Of a stretch of DNA of 64,000 nt, positions 63,187 through 64,000 are shown piece by piece. The DNA is from an uncultured Planctomycetales bacterium (GTDB lineage Bacteria > Omnitrophota > Gorgyraeia > Zapsychrales > JANLHA01). Every line of letters starts with the position of its first letter. Positions within the stretch are counted from its first letter, which is position 1. Both the position numbers and the translations under genes were made by a program. The notes beneath the pieces are model-generated. The model was not told the DNA's origin, did not search any database, and saw only the letters and a list, made by a program, of their open reading frames with translations. The stretch is from positions 9,562 to 73,561 of the forward strand of contig CAZQQI010000005.1 of NCBI GenBank assembly GCA_964595465.1, written 5' to 3'.

Positions 63187-63555
63187 ATGCCGAAAAAGAT
63201 CCTGATTATCGACGATGACCCTGTTTTGGTCCGTTGTTTGGAAGAGCAATTGACCAGACAGGGCTATTCTGTGGTGGTGGCCTATGACGGCATGTCCGGC
63301 CTGCAGAAAGCCCGGGAGGAACTGCCGGATCTGATCACTCTGGATGTCATGATGCCGGTCCTCAACGGATATTCCGTGTGCGCCTTTCTCAAACTTGACA
63401 GTGAGATGAGCGCTATTCCGGTTCTCATGATCACCGCCCGCTGTGAAGAGAATGACGATAATTTCCAGGATGATGTCGCTCCTCAGGCCTATCTGACCAA
63501 GCCTTTTAAAATAGAGGATGTCCTTCAGCATGTTTCGACTCTGATCGGAGTTTGA
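63187..63555 (+). CDS. Single-domain response regulator
   Basis: IIDDD, LDVMMP, ITA, TKPF. Confidence 0.9.
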   Translation: MPKKILIIDDDPVLVRCLEEQLTRQGYSVVVAYDGMSGLQKAREELPDLITLDVMMPVLNGYSVCAFLKLDSEMSAIPVLMITARCEENDDNFQDDVAPQAYLTKPFKIEDVLQHVSTLIGV

Positions 63556-63656
63556 AGACAGCTGAATATCCCCGCCTTTTTGTTTGACTTTGACCTGCCT
63601 TTTCGCTATGTTAATGAACATATTGCAACGCATACCTTAAATCCGCAGAAATTACT

Positions 63657-64000
63657 ATGAAACAGATAACTGTCCTGCTTGTTTTTTTGGCCGCGGCGCT
63701 GGCCCTGTATGTCTTCGCGCTTCCCGGGGAATTCGTGTTTGATGATTATAAGGTCCTGGTGCAGAACCAGTTTATCCGCACTGTTTTTCCGTTGTCGTTT
63801 TTATGGAAATTCGATCCCACCCGGTTCTTGACCAATCTGACTTTTGCCGTGAACTACCAGGTGTCCGGATTAGCCCCTTGGGTTTTCCGTCTGATCAATG
63901 TCATCCTTCACGCTTTAAGCGCTTATGTTTTCTTTGCCGTCTGCCGTAGATTCCTCGCCCGGAAGCTGGTCGCGGACGAGCGGAAACGTCTTTGGCTTCC
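63657..64000 (+). CDS. TMTC-like GT-C membrane protein (3' end outside window)
   Basis: Manual translation MKQITVLL..GEFVFDD..RFLTNLTFAVNY..FRLINVILH; frame open to the window end. Confidence 0.65.
   Translation, partial: MKQITVLLVFLAAALALYVFALPGEFVFDDYKVLVQNQFIRTVFPLSFLWKFDPTRFLTNLTFAVNYQVSGLAPWVFRLINVILHALSAYVFFAVCRRFLARKLVADERKRLWL

Overview
This is a core-genome segment (GC a little over 50%) of a diderm bacterium. Gene content and order suggest the PVC superphylum, most likely Ca. Omnitrophota, though that is an inference. From left to right it holds dnaB, the bamA-skp-lpxD-lpxC-fabZ-lpxA-lpxI cluster, rpsO-pnp, ftsK-rodZ-rimO-pgsA-pgpA, a broken YccA-like gene and inverted thpR-cinA. 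Next come an FMN-riboswitch-controlled rib operon that includes nusB, an orphan catalytically dead ketosynthase (CLF-like) with fabG and fabZ2, and a small accessory block (Na/Pi transporter, nitroreductase, AOX/PTOX-like di-iron protein, ECF sigma/anti-sigma). The rest is tRNA-Pro(CGG), ligA-xerD-tRNA nucleotidyltransferase-rbfA-nrnA-truB-ribF, a dcw cluster with an inserted metallopeptidase and no murB or ftsZ, and sixA-xseAB. The most striking unexplained signal is non-coding. Three dispersed copies (17.4, 25.9 and 47.9 kb) of a structured element keep two short conserved motifs while their helices differ in sequence but still pair. At least four other palindromic or MITE-like intergenic elements are also present, and the window contains no transposase. 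All calls come from reading the sequence; no database searches were run.
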